Counted from the stretch's first letter, positions 18,701 through 26,482 are shown. The stretch: DNA of 64,000 nucleotides from Bacteroidales bacterium (GCA_035530515.1 DATKUO010000139.1:1917-65916), one strand, 5' to 3'. Notes: a model not told the origin generated them from the sequence alone. Numbers and translations: made by a program.

Positions 18701-18911
18701 GGTGAAACATCCCATTAGAGTCTACTAGAGTACCATACTGAGTACCAGTAGGGCCGTGGATTGCTATTACAGTCGCCCCGGGAATCGGTTGATTCTTTTC
18801 ATCTACTACCCTGCCATTGATACCAGATGTTGTAGATCCCTGTCCATACATCATTACAGTAATGAACAGGAAGATCAGCATCGTAAACATTCGTTTGAAT
18901 AGCTTCATCAT
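15717..18911 (-). CDS. TonB-dependent receptor with N-terminal carboxypeptidase-regulatory-like domain
   Basis: Features are a signal peptide MMKLFKRMFTMLIFLFITVMMYGQG, the CarboxypepD_reg pattern GRVVDEKNQPIPGATV, a plug-domain region, a long beta-barrel and a C-terminal ..GLRYIFN. The track ORF extends to 18947, but I prefer the internal Met at 18911 because it begins a canonical signal peptide. No SusD partner is adjacent. Confidence 0.85.
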   Translation of the reverse strand: MMKLFKRMFTMLIFLFITVMMYGQGSTTSGINGRVVDEKNQPIPGATVIAIHGPTGTQYGTLVDSNGMFHLPNLNVGGPYSIKVTFIGYKPDIQEKVFLRLGDRLDFSIKMVEDVVQMGEVIVVGKPDNTFNSGRTGANTNITQENMGQMPSIARSLNDFTRLTPQATTTSGGVSLAGSNNRYNNFQIDGAVSNDVFGLSGSGTNGGQAATQPISLDAIQEIQVVIAPFDVRQGGFTGGGINAITKSGTNEITGSAYFFGNNQGLVAKTPTDNPDATRSKLNNYSDYQAGLSVGGPIIKNKLFFFLNAEMTKKEQPSTYDLGDGSNFRQGMLDSILTKLAEIGPGYDAGGYGSFINSTKSTKLFGRLDWNINANHQLTLRHSFLDALDDKLSRSRDYLAFNNAGYRFINKTNSTVAELKSRFNDNIANELRIGYTRVRDYRSLMGDPFPYIKIDKIDGESRSLEIGSERYSSANELDQDIWSIEDNLLWFLGKHNLTIGTHNEFFGFRNLFIRDNMGAYVYSSFNNFMSVGTLAEALPKEYGYSFSNESITGSPRWAPSFNAYQLGLYVQDEWNAAKGLKLTIGLRVDLPVFPDKPTGNTTFNSDPNYTKFGVTTDQMPEAVPMWSPRVGFNWDVTGDRKTQVRGGAGIFTGRLPFVWLSNQFSNTGVEYIRYSFTNPGAFPPGFEFTSDINNQPVGTSALSSEIDVVDPKFKFPQSFRTNLAVDQKLPYGIKGTLESIYTKKMNDIDYRDLTIELSPTFLPGIDNRPVYTKITTPFTNVVYLTNTNKGYSYSITGKLEKDFGFGLNLMAAYTYGMAKDINAGTSSQAFSNWKYNEQYSGANSPELSYSDFDTRHRVIAAVSYKKDYFNSMATSIGLFYSGQTGYNFSYIYYGDVNSDGYYANDLIYIPTDAQIDGMLTNGQFVTSSSITTAPADQASALKEFLADEPYLSTRRGDYAERNGAHVPFVNQLDLRIAQDFYINVNDKRNTLQITFDIMNLGNLLNKDWGRVYSAGFNKTIIDYRGRQGGTSLPTYAFKPQTQDVWSISDFSSRWRGQIGLRYIFN

Positions 18912-19064
18912 AAAATTAGGATTAAGGATTAATAAATTTTTTGACAAGATTATTGTAATTATTTGATTACACCGGGATTACATTTTTGTTAATTCCGGCG
19001 GAACAATTTACGTCTCTTTATAGGATACTAATCTATAAGGAAAAGATAAGTTTTTAACAAGTTA

Positions 19065-20312
19065 TTAGATCTGCTTGTTAATATCTTTGTGAAGAATTTC
19101 TTGCAGAATACTGGTGGTAGCTCCGGTATTTTTACTTATGTAATCAGCTACCGTTTTAGCTGATTTTAAGTATAATGGCTCATTTGTTAACCATTCATCA
19201 AGTATATGTGAAAATATTTTGAACGAATCGTAAGTCATTGCCCCTTTTTCATTAATTAAATCCATCGCTTCCCCGAATTTTTTATGCTCCGGACCAAACA
19301 TTACAGGTATTCCCCAACAGGCCGGTTCAAGTATATTATGGATACCTTTTCCAAACCCCCCCCCTATTGCAGCTATATAAGCATACTTATATGCTGACGA
19401 AAGCATTCCAATATTATCAATTATCAAAACTCTTGAGTCAGCAGTAGCTTCACTGAATTCAGAAAACCTGACTGTACCGACCTTGAAAAGTTTTTCAAGT
19501 CTTTCGATATTTGGTTTATCAATTTCATGTGGAGCGAAGACCCATTTCATTCTGTCTGGGAACTTATTAATATATTGAGCAATTATCTCCTCATCCTGTT
19601 TCCAGCTGCTACCGACCAGAAACAATTTCTCGTTACCACGGAACTGTGCAATCTGAGTAATATCCCTGGCTGTTTCAGCAATCTGAACAACCCTGTCAAA
19701 ACGGGTATCGCCTGCAAGTATAATATTTTCAATATCAATACCTGAAAGCAACTCGAGCGACGGCCTATCCTGGACAAAAATTATCCTGAACTTCTTCAGC
19801 ATAACCCTGAAAAATGATCCGTACCATCGGAAAAAATGTTGATCGGCTCTGAATATTGCCGAAATCAGATATAATGGTATATTATTATAATAAAGTGCTG
19901 AAATATAATTGTTCCAGAATTCATACTTGACAAAAATGACAAATTCCGGATTTATAAGCCTTACGAACTTTGAAGCATGTCCCGGAGTATCGGAAGGAAG
20001 ATATATAATGCTGTCTGCATGAGGATAATTTTTTCTTATCTCATATCCTGACGGAGAAAAAAAAGTAAGCACAATCTTTAATTCCGGAATCTTCTCTTTA
20101 ATAGCCTCAATTACAGGCCTTCCCTGTTCAAACTCACCGAGGGAGGCACAATGAATCCATATAGTACGGTCGCCTGGTTTTATATTATCTCTGATTTTTT
20201 CTGCCCATTTTTTTCGTCCTTTGATCAATAATGAAACTTTTGAATTAAATGGAGATACCAAATAGGTAAGAGCGGTAAAAACATATATTCCTATATTGTA
20301 TAAAAATTTCAT
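19065..20312 (-). CDS. waaA: 3-deoxy-D-manno-octulosonic acid (Kdo) transferase
   Basis: 415-aa ORF with the hallmark N-terminal region IWIHCASLGEFEQGRPVIEAIKEK and a GT-B C-terminal half. Length fits KdtA/WaaA. Confidence 0.9.
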   Translation of the reverse strand: MKFLYNIGIYVFTALTYLVSPFNSKVSLLIKGRKKWAEKIRDNIKPGDRTIWIHCASLGEFEQGRPVIEAIKEKIPELKIVLTFFSPSGYEIRKNYPHADSIIYLPSDTPGHASKFVRLINPEFVIFVKYEFWNNYISALYYNNIPLYLISAIFRADQHFFRWYGSFFRVMLKKFRIIFVQDRPSLELLSGIDIENIILAGDTRFDRVVQIAETARDITQIAQFRGNEKLFLVGSSWKQDEEIIAQYINKFPDRMKWVFAPHEIDKPNIERLEKLFKVGTVRFSEFSEATADSRVLIIDNIGMLSSAYKYAYIAAIGGGFGKGIHNILEPACWGIPVMFGPEHKKFGEAMDLINEKGAMTYDSFKIFSHILDEWLTNEPLYLKSAKTVADYISKNTGATTSILQEILHKDINKQI

Positions 20313-20346
20313 ATAATATGATTTGAGGTCTCAAAGGTAATAAAAA

Positions 20347-20474
20347 GGCACAACGGCACAATGGCATAACGGCATAACGGTGTAACGGTGTAACGGCATA
20401 ACGGCATAACGGCATAACGGCATAACGGCGTAAAGGCGTAAAGGCGTAAGAGTTCAACGGCACAAGGGTGTAAT
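20347..20474. repeat. tandem array of 16 degenerate 8-mers (GGCATAAC family)
   Basis: Read directly from the sequence: ggcacaac ggcacaat ggcataac x2 ggtgtaac x2 ggcataac x4 ggcgtaaa x2 ggcgtaag agttcaac ggcacaag ggtgtaat. Translation of this array produces the spurious ORF 20245-20463 (PLCRYAVTPLHRYAV..). Confidence 0.95.
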
Positions 20475-20496
20475 GGATATTTTGGATCAGGACAGT

Positions 20497-20853
20497 TTAT
20501 AAGGAACTTCTGGCTTTTATAAGTTTGGTAAGCATAACAGATATAATTTTACAATCATTTATTAGCTCCTCAGATTTGAGATTGCTGATATATCCAATTT
20601 CCTGTCCAATTATTATTTGCGTTAATAATTCAGCAGTAGATCCTTTCGCAATATAAAAGTGTCGCACATATTGTTTATCTGTATCAAGTTCATCCCCTTC
20701 AGATATATTTGAAGGAATACTAATAGCAGATCTTTGAATCTGATCTTTAAAACCATAATCTTTTGATAATACACTCGTCCGTGTTAGCTTATAGATTTTT
20801 ACAGCTAATTCTTTGGCCAGTTGCCAAACCCGAAGTTTTTGAAAGTCTCCCAT
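20497..20853 (-). CDS. four-helix-bundle protein (23S rRNA intervening-sequence protein / Avd family)
   Basis: 118-aa ORF. MGDFQKLRVWQLAKELAVKIYKLT...IQRSAISIPSNISEG...FYIAKGSTAELLTQIIIG matches the conserved pattern of TIGR02436/PF05635 proteins (L.VWQ.A..L...iY.lt, ..r.a.SIpsNIaEG, A.GS..El.tql..a). Confidence 0.85.
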   Translation of the reverse strand: MGDFQKLRVWQLAKELAVKIYKLTRTSVLSKDYGFKDQIQRSAISIPSNISEGDELDTDKQYVRHFYIAKGSTAELLTQIIIGQEIGYISNLKSEELINDCKIISVMLTKLIKARSSL

Positions 20854-20957
20854 TTTGCAGCGATTTAATATTTATAATATGTTCCTACCAAAAGTAATTC
20901 CACTTACTCTGTGTATTATTCAAATCTAAATAATAATCTTGAATTAATCATTTTTTA

Positions 20958-21048
20958 ACCGTAATTTGCTACTACCGTTATGCCTTTGCGCCGTTGTACC
21001 GCTGTGCCGTTGCACCGTTACGCCGTTGCGCCGTTACTCCATTACGCC
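20958..21048. repeat. tandem array of ~9-11 degenerate 8-mers (CCGTTATG family), reverse complement of the 20347-20474 units
   Basis: From 20975 the units read ccgttatg cctttgcg ccgttgta ccgctgtg ccgttgca ccgttacg ccgttgcg ccgttact ccattacg cc. Two more degenerate units precede them from 20958. CATAACGG, the phase-shifted left-array unit, is the reverse complement of CCGTTATG. Confidence 0.9.
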
Positions 21049-21118
21049 TCATTTTATTGATAAGAGTCAGGGTAATAGAAAATATCTCCTATTTTTGTAC
21101 TATAATACCTGATCGGTT

Positions 21119-22072
21119 ATGGTAAGACTAATTGCCCTTATTCTCTCTATCATTCTGCAGATAATTGCTGCATCTATTGCATTGAGATTTATGAAACTGA
21201 CAAAATACAGGCTCTCATGGATATTGCTCTCTCTCTCTTTTGTATTTATGGCTGTCCGTAAAATCATTCAGCTTTCTGAATATGTCCGTGGTACACCTTC
21301 CTATACATGGCAGATGATAGATGAATGGACTGGAGTTCTTGTTTCAGTTATGATTATCGGAGGAGTAGTCCTTATCCGCGAATTATTCTCTTCTCTCAAA
21401 AGGGCTGAAACTGATCGTTTACGTTCAGAAAAAAGAGTAATAAATGCAATTATAAACACCGAGGAGAATGAGAGAAAAAGATTTGCAAAAGATCTGCACG
21501 ACGGACTCGGTCCCATCCTGTCAACTGTAAAAATGTCTCTCTCGGCACTTAATACAAGAATCAAAGATGCTTCAGGAAAAGTTATCCTTAATAATACAAA
21601 CCACCTGGTAAATGAAGCTATCAGTACAATTAAAGATATCTCAAATAATCTGAGTCCTCATGTATTGTCGAATTTTGGCCTTGCCAGCGCTATAAGCGCT
21701 TTTACTTCTAAAATCAATCAGACTAAGGCTGTTAAAATTGATTTTAAATCAAATATGGAAAGCCAAAGGCTTGAAAACGAGAAAGAAGTTGTTATTTATC
21801 GAGCTGTTTGTGAGCTTATTAATAATTCAATACTTCACTCTGGTGCATCAAGGATTGAGATAGATTTAAACAAACACGAAAAATTTGTTACCTTGCAGTT
21901 TTATGATAATGGACGCGGTTTTGATACATCCACACTAAGCAAAGAAGATACAAAAGGTATGGGATTATCTAACATTGAGACACGTGTTAAAACAGAAGAA
22001 GGCGTTTTTATTCTTGAATCTACTCCGGGGAAAGGAACCAGCGCTCTTATCAAAATGATTGATTCTTATTAA
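21119..22072 (+). CDS. sensor histidine kinase (HisKA_3 / NarX-DegS type) with N-terminal membrane domain
   Basis: 317-aa ORF with about 3 N-terminal TM segments. The H-box is RKRFAKDLHDGLGPIL, and the HATPase_c motifs are NNSILHSGA, FYDNGRGFD and GMGLSNIETR. Confidence 0.85.
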   Translation: MVRLIALILSIILQIIAASIALRFMKLTKYRLSWILLSLSFVFMAVRKIIQLSEYVRGTPSYTWQMIDEWTGVLVSVMIIGGVVLIRELFSSLKRAETDRLRSEKRVINAIINTEENERKRFAKDLHDGLGPILSTVKMSLSALNTRIKDASGKVILNNTNHLVNEAISTIKDISNNLSPHVLSNFGLASAISAFTSKINQTKAVKIDFKSNMESQRLENEKEVVIYRAVCELINNSILHSGASRIEIDLNKHEKFVTLQFYDNGRGFDTSTLSKEDTKGMGLSNIETRVKTEEGVFILESTPGKGTSALIKMIDSY

Positions 22073-22088
22073 TCAGGAATTATTAATA

Positions 22089-22730
22089 ATGGGAAAAATA
22101 GGGATAATTATAGCAGACGATCACCAGCTGTTTCGTAACGGATTAAAAATATTACTTAATGCATTTCCCGAATTTGAGGTGACAGGTGAAGCATCAAACG
22201 GAGTTGAGTTTCTTAAAATATTGAAAAATACTGAAGCGGATATTGCTCTTATGGATATCAATATGCCTGAGATGGATGGGATAGAAGCTACCAGACAAGG
22301 ACTGAAAATTAATCAGGAAATTAAGATTATAGCTCTCTCTATGTATGGTGAGGAAGAATACTATTACAAAATGGTTGATGCCGGTGCAAAAGGATTCCTT
22401 CTGAAAGATTCTGATATTTCTGAAGTAAAAGAAGCAATTATTACTATTAATAAAGGTGGAAGTTATTTTTCACAGGAGTTGCTTTATCATGTAATTCAAA
22501 AGTTCAAGCACAGAGAGCATGAAAATAAATCAGCCAATCTGTCAAAAAGAGAGAAAGAGATCCTGTTTAAAATATGTGAAGGTCTTTCCAATCAGGAAAT
22601 TGCCAACACATTATTTATCAGCAAAAGAACTGTAGATAAGCACAGGGCAAATCTCCTTGGTAAAACAAACTCCAAAAACACCGCCAGCCTCATATTATTT
22701 GCCATTCGAAATAAGCTTATTGAGATATAA
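22089..22730 (+). CDS. response regulator, NarL/LuxR family
   Basis: The receiver domain has IIIADDH and ALMDINMPEMDG. The C-terminal LuxR HTH is LSKREKEILFKICEGLSNQEIANTLFISKRTVDKHR. I prefer the Met at 22089 over the track start at 22059. Confidence 0.9.
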   Translation: MGKIGIIIADDHQLFRNGLKILLNAFPEFEVTGEASNGVEFLKILKNTEADIALMDINMPEMDGIEATRQGLKINQEIKIIALSMYGEEEYYYKMVDAGAKGFLLKDSDISEVKEAIITINKGGSYFSQELLYHVIQKFKHREHENKSANLSKREKEILFKICEGLSNQEIANTLFISKRTVDKHRANLLGKTNSKNTASLILFAIRNKLIEI

Positions 22731-22747
22731 AAACAGATATATATAAA

Positions 22748-22797
22748 GTTGAAAAGGTTGAAGGAGTTGAAGGGTTGAAGGAGTTGAAGGGGTTGAA
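22748..22797. repeat. tandem 8-9-mer array (GTTGAAGG family), 6 units
   Basis: The units read gttgaaaag gttgaagga gttgaagg gttgaagga gttgaaggg gttgaa. Confidence 0.9.
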
Positions 22798-22824
22798 TAA
22801 CAGATATTAATATATTTCAAAAAT

Positions 22825-22887
22825 AACTCCAGGTACTCCAGGCTCTTTAGGCACTTTAGGCACTTTAGGCACTCCAGGCACTTTAAT
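22825..22887. repeat. tandem 9-mer array (CACTTTAGG / CACTCCAGG family), 7 units
   Basis: The units read aactccagg tactccagg ctctttagg cactttagg cactttagg cactccagg cactttaat. The array is followed by the small palindrome CTAAAGACTTTAG at 22897-22909. It is not complementary to the neighbouring GTTGAAGG array. Confidence 0.9.
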
Positions 22888-22916
22888 TAAAATAACCTAA
22901 AGACTTTAGTAAAGAT

Positions 22917-23282
22917 ATGGCTGAATCACATGACTTAGGTAAAAAAGGTGAAGATCTGGCTGTTAATCATCTTAAAGAATCAGGGTTTAAGATACTTTTC
23001 CGAAACTGGAAATGGGGAAAACATGAAATTGATATCATTGCTGAAAATAAGGATGTTATCGTTTTTGTGGAGGTAAAAACACGTACTGACGACTTTCAGA
23101 TGCATCCTGTAACGGCTGTTACCAATGAAAAACAAAAATCTATAATATGGGCCGCCGACGGCTACTTAAAAAAATTTAATGTTGATAAAGAAAGTCGCTT
23201 TGACGTTATAACTATAATTAAAAGTGGGGAATCGTACCAGATTGATCATATTGAGGGTGCCTTCTACCCCACTCTTAGATAA
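22917..23282 (+). CDS. YraN family (UPF0102) predicted endonuclease
   Basis: 121-aa ORF. GKKGEDLAVNHLKESGFKILFRNWK...EIDIIAENKDVIVFVEVKTR matches the YraN/UPF0102 PD-(D/E)xK-like pattern. Confidence 0.8.
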   Translation: MAESHDLGKKGEDLAVNHLKESGFKILFRNWKWGKHEIDIIAENKDVIVFVEVKTRTDDFQMHPVTAVTNEKQKSIIWAADGYLKKFNVDKESRFDVITIIKSGESYQIDHIEGAFYPTLR

Positions 23283-23626
23283 TGGATTATATGAACATCG
23301 AAGAGATTCGCGAATTTTGCATTTCAAAACCCGGTGTCACCGAAGGTTTCCCGTTTAATGAGACAGCACTGGTATTCAAAGTGGCAGGGAAAATGTTTGC
23401 TTTGCTTGACCTGTCAGAAGACAGAAGGGGAATAAGCCTGAAATGTGATCCTGGACTGGCCATTGAACTTAGGGAACAGTTTCCTGATGTTACACCTGCA
23501 TATCACTTTAACAAAAGCCACTGGAACACTGTTTACCTGAATGGTACTATTCCTGCAAAAGAAGTGATATCAATGATCGACCATTCTTTTAACCTGATAT
23601 CAAAAAGAAAAAAGAAACAAGGTTAA
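23282..23626 (+). CDS. MmcQ/YjbR family DNA-binding protein
   Basis: 114-aa ORF. IREFCISKPGVTEGFPFNETALVFKVAGKMFALL...YHFNKSHWNTVYLNG follows the YjbR family pattern. Its start overlaps the YraN stop by 1 nt (TAATG). Confidence 0.75.
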   Translation: MDYMNIEEIREFCISKPGVTEGFPFNETALVFKVAGKMFALLDLSEDRRGISLKCDPGLAIELREQFPDVTPAYHFNKSHWNTVYLNGTIPAKEVISMIDHSFNLISKRKKKQG

Positions 23627-23758
23627 TGGGATTTTCATCAAATAACTTTTTATAAAAGATTTTATACTCAATAAAAACATATATCAACTGTTTTTCTTAT
23701 GTTTTTTTTTATATTGTTGCCCTAAATTAACTGCAAATTCAAAATTAAATTATAAACC

Positions 23759-24859
23759 ATGAAAATCCGTTTCATCCTGGCAGTCATTATCTCTTTGATA
23801 ATATTGCCTTCATATGCTCAGAAAAAAACTGTTGCCACTCCTAAAGAAACTCAGGAGGAATACAAATTTACACCGGTAGTGGAACTCAAAGCTACTCCTG
23901 TTAAAAATCAGGCAGGGACAGGAACCTGCTGGTGCTTTGCAACCACATCATTCATTGAGTCTGAACTACTCAGGATGGGCAAAGGGGAGTATGATCTTTC
24001 AGAAATGTTTATTGTAAGACAAAATTATATTGATAAACTGAAGGATAACTACTTAAGGCAGGGAAAAGGTAATATTAATGAAGGCGGTCTCTCTCACGAC
24101 TGGATGAGGGTTTTCACTGAATCGGGGATTGTCCCCGATGAGGTCTATAGTGGCCTTAATTACGGATCACCAACACATAACCATAGTGAGCTGCAAAATT
24201 TTATCCACGCAGTCGCTGATGTTCCTGTTCAGCGAAAAAAGGAGAGTCCTCAATATCATGAAATTGTTAATGCAGTCTTGGATTCGTACCTTGGTAAGGT
24301 ACCCGACTCGTTTGAATATAAAGGTGTAAATTATACACCAAAATCATTTGCCGACAGCCTGGGTATTAATCCTGCCAATTATGTCGAGATTACATCTTTC
24401 GCTCATTTCCCTTTCTATACACTGGGACTACTGGAAATACCTGATAACTGGACAATGGAACGATTCTATAATGTGCCTCTAGATGAACTTATAGAGATAA
24501 TGGATTACTCACTAAATAATGGATATACAGTTAACTGGGATGGCGATGTAAGCGAAAAGGAATTCTCACACTCCAGGGGTGTTGCTGATTTTCCTGAATC
24601 AAATGTTAGCCAGCAGATGCGACAGGAAGGGTATGAAAGTTTTACAACTACCGATGACCACCTGATGCATCTTACAGGAATTGTGAAAGACCAGAACGGC
24701 ATGAAATATTATATAACTAAAAACTCATGGGGAACCGAAAGAAATCCTTTTGGCGGATATCTGAATATGTCAGAAAACTATGTCCGTGCTAAAACCCTAT
24801 TTATTATGGTTAATAAAAACGCTATTCCTGCTGAGATAAAAACAAAATTGGGATTATAG
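23759..24859 (+). CDS. C1 family cysteine peptidase (aminopeptidase C / bleomycin hydrolase-like), secreted
   Basis: 366-aa ORF with a signal peptide ending PSYAQ. The catalytic-Cys region is NQAGTGTCWCFATTSFIES and the downstream His region is HLMHLTGIV..KNSWG. Confidence 0.75.
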   Translation: MKIRFILAVIISLIILPSYAQKKTVATPKETQEEYKFTPVVELKATPVKNQAGTGTCWCFATTSFIESELLRMGKGEYDLSEMFIVRQNYIDKLKDNYLRQGKGNINEGGLSHDWMRVFTESGIVPDEVYSGLNYGSPTHNHSELQNFIHAVADVPVQRKKESPQYHEIVNAVLDSYLGKVPDSFEYKGVNYTPKSFADSLGINPANYVEITSFAHFPFYTLGLLEIPDNWTMERFYNVPLDELIEIMDYSLNNGYTVNWDGDVSEKEFSHSRGVADFPESNVSQQMRQEGYESFTTTDDHLMHLTGIVKDQNGMKYYITKNSWGTERNPFGGYLNMSENYVRAKTLFIMVNKNAIPAEIKTKLGL

Positions 24860-24863
24860 TATT

Positions 24864-24920
24864 GTCTTGCAGGTCTTATATGACTGTTCGACTTGCATGA
24901 CTTGCACGGCTTGCACGACT
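24864..24920. repeat. tandem 9-mer array (GACTTGCAY family), about 6-7 units
   Basis: The units read gtcttgcag gtcttatat gactgttc gacttgcat gacttgcac ggcttgcac gact. The array fills the whole spacer between two convergent genes. Confidence 0.85.
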
Positions 24921-24924
24921 AATA

Positions 24925-25914
24925 TTATTCTGCCAGTAGATTACACCCTCTAATATCGCTGCTATCAAACCTCCCAAGAACTTCAAATCCACCATCATCA
25001 TGAAGCCTTCCAAGATCCCCGGTGGCAATAAATGAACATGAGTTTATATTTGCCAGATCAATAATGTTTATCCCTCCTGTTTTTCCGGTTTCAGTATAAA
25101 TAAAAAGTGGATCTAGTGGATCTCTGATAACTACCTTCATCCATGGCGGACAATAAAAAATTCCTTCTCCTTTAGAATATGCCTGACTCATCAACTCAGT
25201 CATCCCATACTCAGAATGGATAGAAGAGAGATTGAATTTTTCCTTCAGAATACCATGAAGCTCCGAACGGATTAGCTCTTTTCTCTTCCCTTTCATTCCT
25301 CCGGTCTCCATTACAAGAACTCCGGAGAGATCAGGCAAATATGTTTCGGCAAGATCAAGCAATGCAAAGCTGACTCCCAGCAATAATACTTTAAGATTTG
25401 CCCCTTGTGCTTCCTTAACCGCATGAAGAAGCTCATCTATGTTACTTTTGTAAAATCCGCTAAGCGCGTGCTGGCTTCTTTTAATAAGGTTTTCAGCCAT
25501 ATATACAAGCGAAGAACCTTCTCTTTCAGTATATGATGGCAGTAAAGCACAAATTATATATTCAGAAGGATCTCCGTAAAAAATCCTGAAACTCTTCAAA
25601 AAACTCTCTTCATATAATTTTAAATCGGTAACAAAATGCTTTCCGGGGATAGTACCAGCAGAACCACTGCTCTCAAATATCATTTCAACAGGAAGGTCTC
25701 CTGTAATGATTTTCTGATTTCTGAAAAATTCTACCGGAAGAAATGGTATCAGGGAAGGATCATTGATTGTGACATGATTCTTTCCTAAACCTGTAATAAA
25801 CTTGTTATAAATAAGGTTTTTATCGAACTGGTACTTAAACACTTCATGTGCTGTTTCCCAAAAGTCATTCTGATTTCTGATATTAAAAATCCTATTCCTT
25901 AAAACTGCATTCAT
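24925..25914 (-). CDS. LuxE-like acyl-protein synthetase / acyl transferase family protein (adenylate-forming fold)
   Basis: 329-aa ORF. The N-terminal IFNIRNQNDFWETAHEVFKYQFDKNLIYNKFI and the SSGSAG adenylation-like loop resemble Bacteroidota proteins annotated as LuxE-family acyl transferases. The assignment is from memory of the family. Confidence 0.5.
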   Translation of the reverse strand: MNAVLRNRIFNIRNQNDFWETAHEVFKYQFDKNLIYNKFITGLGKNHVTINDPSLIPFLPVEFFRNQKIITGDLPVEMIFESSGSAGTIPGKHFVTDLKLYEESFLKSFRIFYGDPSEYIICALLPSYTEREGSSLVYMAENLIKRSQHALSGFYKSNIDELLHAVKEAQGANLKVLLLGVSFALLDLAETYLPDLSGVLVMETGGMKGKRKELIRSELHGILKEKFNLSSIHSEYGMTELMSQAYSKGEGIFYCPPWMKVVIRDPLDPLFIYTETGKTGGINIIDLANINSCSFIATGDLGRLHDDGGFEVLGRFDSSDIRGCNLLAE

Positions 25915-26480
25915 TTACCCGGGAAGGTTAATGACCCATCAGGCTGATAGACCCATTGAAAAGTACATTCGGCATAGCCTTTAGGAATACTGTCCTTAGA
26001 AACAGTGTTTACAATCCTGATTTTGGTATAGTGATCAGTTCCTGACCTGTATAACCATATCTGGTTTGGTTCAATTGAATCGGCCCAGACAACCCATTGA
26101 GGAACAGTTAGCGAAGTCAGATTTTTAAAGGCTTGTTCTGCAGAAATGGCATCAGTAAATTCACCAACCTTATAAAATGAATTTTTATAATTATTTGCTT
26201 GGAGAATTAAATTACTCAGTGTACCATCATTGTCGATAGTGATGTCAGGAGGGGGAGTATCGAGAGTTGAAACTAATTTTGCTTTAGAAAACAAAAACCC
26301 ATAAACAAAATAAGTCTGGATCTCTTTGTTATAATCTCCATGATTATTTATTTTGATAGTTCCTGAAGCAGTAGGGAAATCATCTTTCTTGCAGGATAGC
26401 AGGAAAACCATTATTATTATTCCAATTAAAAATAATTTTCTCATAATCAATGCAAAGATAAGATAAATACAGTATCTCAA
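25911..26480 (-). CDS. hypothetical lipoprotein
   Basis: 189-aa ORF with a lipobox-like VFLLSC after a hydrophobic segment. It overlaps the downstream LuxE-like gene by 4 nt (operon). No family was recognised. Confidence 0.55.
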   Translation of the reverse strand: MRYCIYLIFALIMRKLFLIGIIIMVFLLSCKKDDFPTASGTIKINNHGDYNKEIQTYFVYGFLFSKAKLVSTLDTPPPDITIDNDGTLSNLILQANNYKNSFYKVGEFTDAISAEQAFKNLTSLTVPQWVVWADSIEPNQIWLYRSGTDHYTKIRIVNTVSKDSIPKGYAECTFQWVYQPDGSLTFPGK

Positions 26481-26482
26481 AA

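Noticed and set aside
18973-18998. Hairpin CCGGGATTA-N8-TAATTCCGG between kdtA and the TonB receptor as a kdtA terminator
   Set aside because: The stem has a mismatch, no U-tract follows on the minus strand, and it is short. It is not strong enough to call.
20245-20463. 72-aa ORF MPLNSYAFTPLRRYAVMPLCRYAVTPLHRYAVMPL.. in the track
   Set aside because: It is simply the translation of the GGCATAAC octamer array. The periodic peptide, the overlap with the kdtA start and the absence of non-repeat sequence argue against a real gene.
20347-21048. Diversity-generating retroelement, because the ORF is Avd-family
   Set aside because: No reverse transcriptase gene and no template/variable repeat pair with A-specific mismatches is visible anywhere in the window. 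The flanks are simple 8-mer arrays, not TR/VR.
21119-24859. Histidine kinase, response regulator, YraN, YjbR and C1 peptidase as a possible novel signalling or nuclease system
   Set aside because: The genes are separated by a 186-bp repeat-filled spacer and a 132-bp spacer. Each is a common stand-alone Bacteroidota gene, and nothing in the sequence links them functionally. Co-orientation alone is not evidence.
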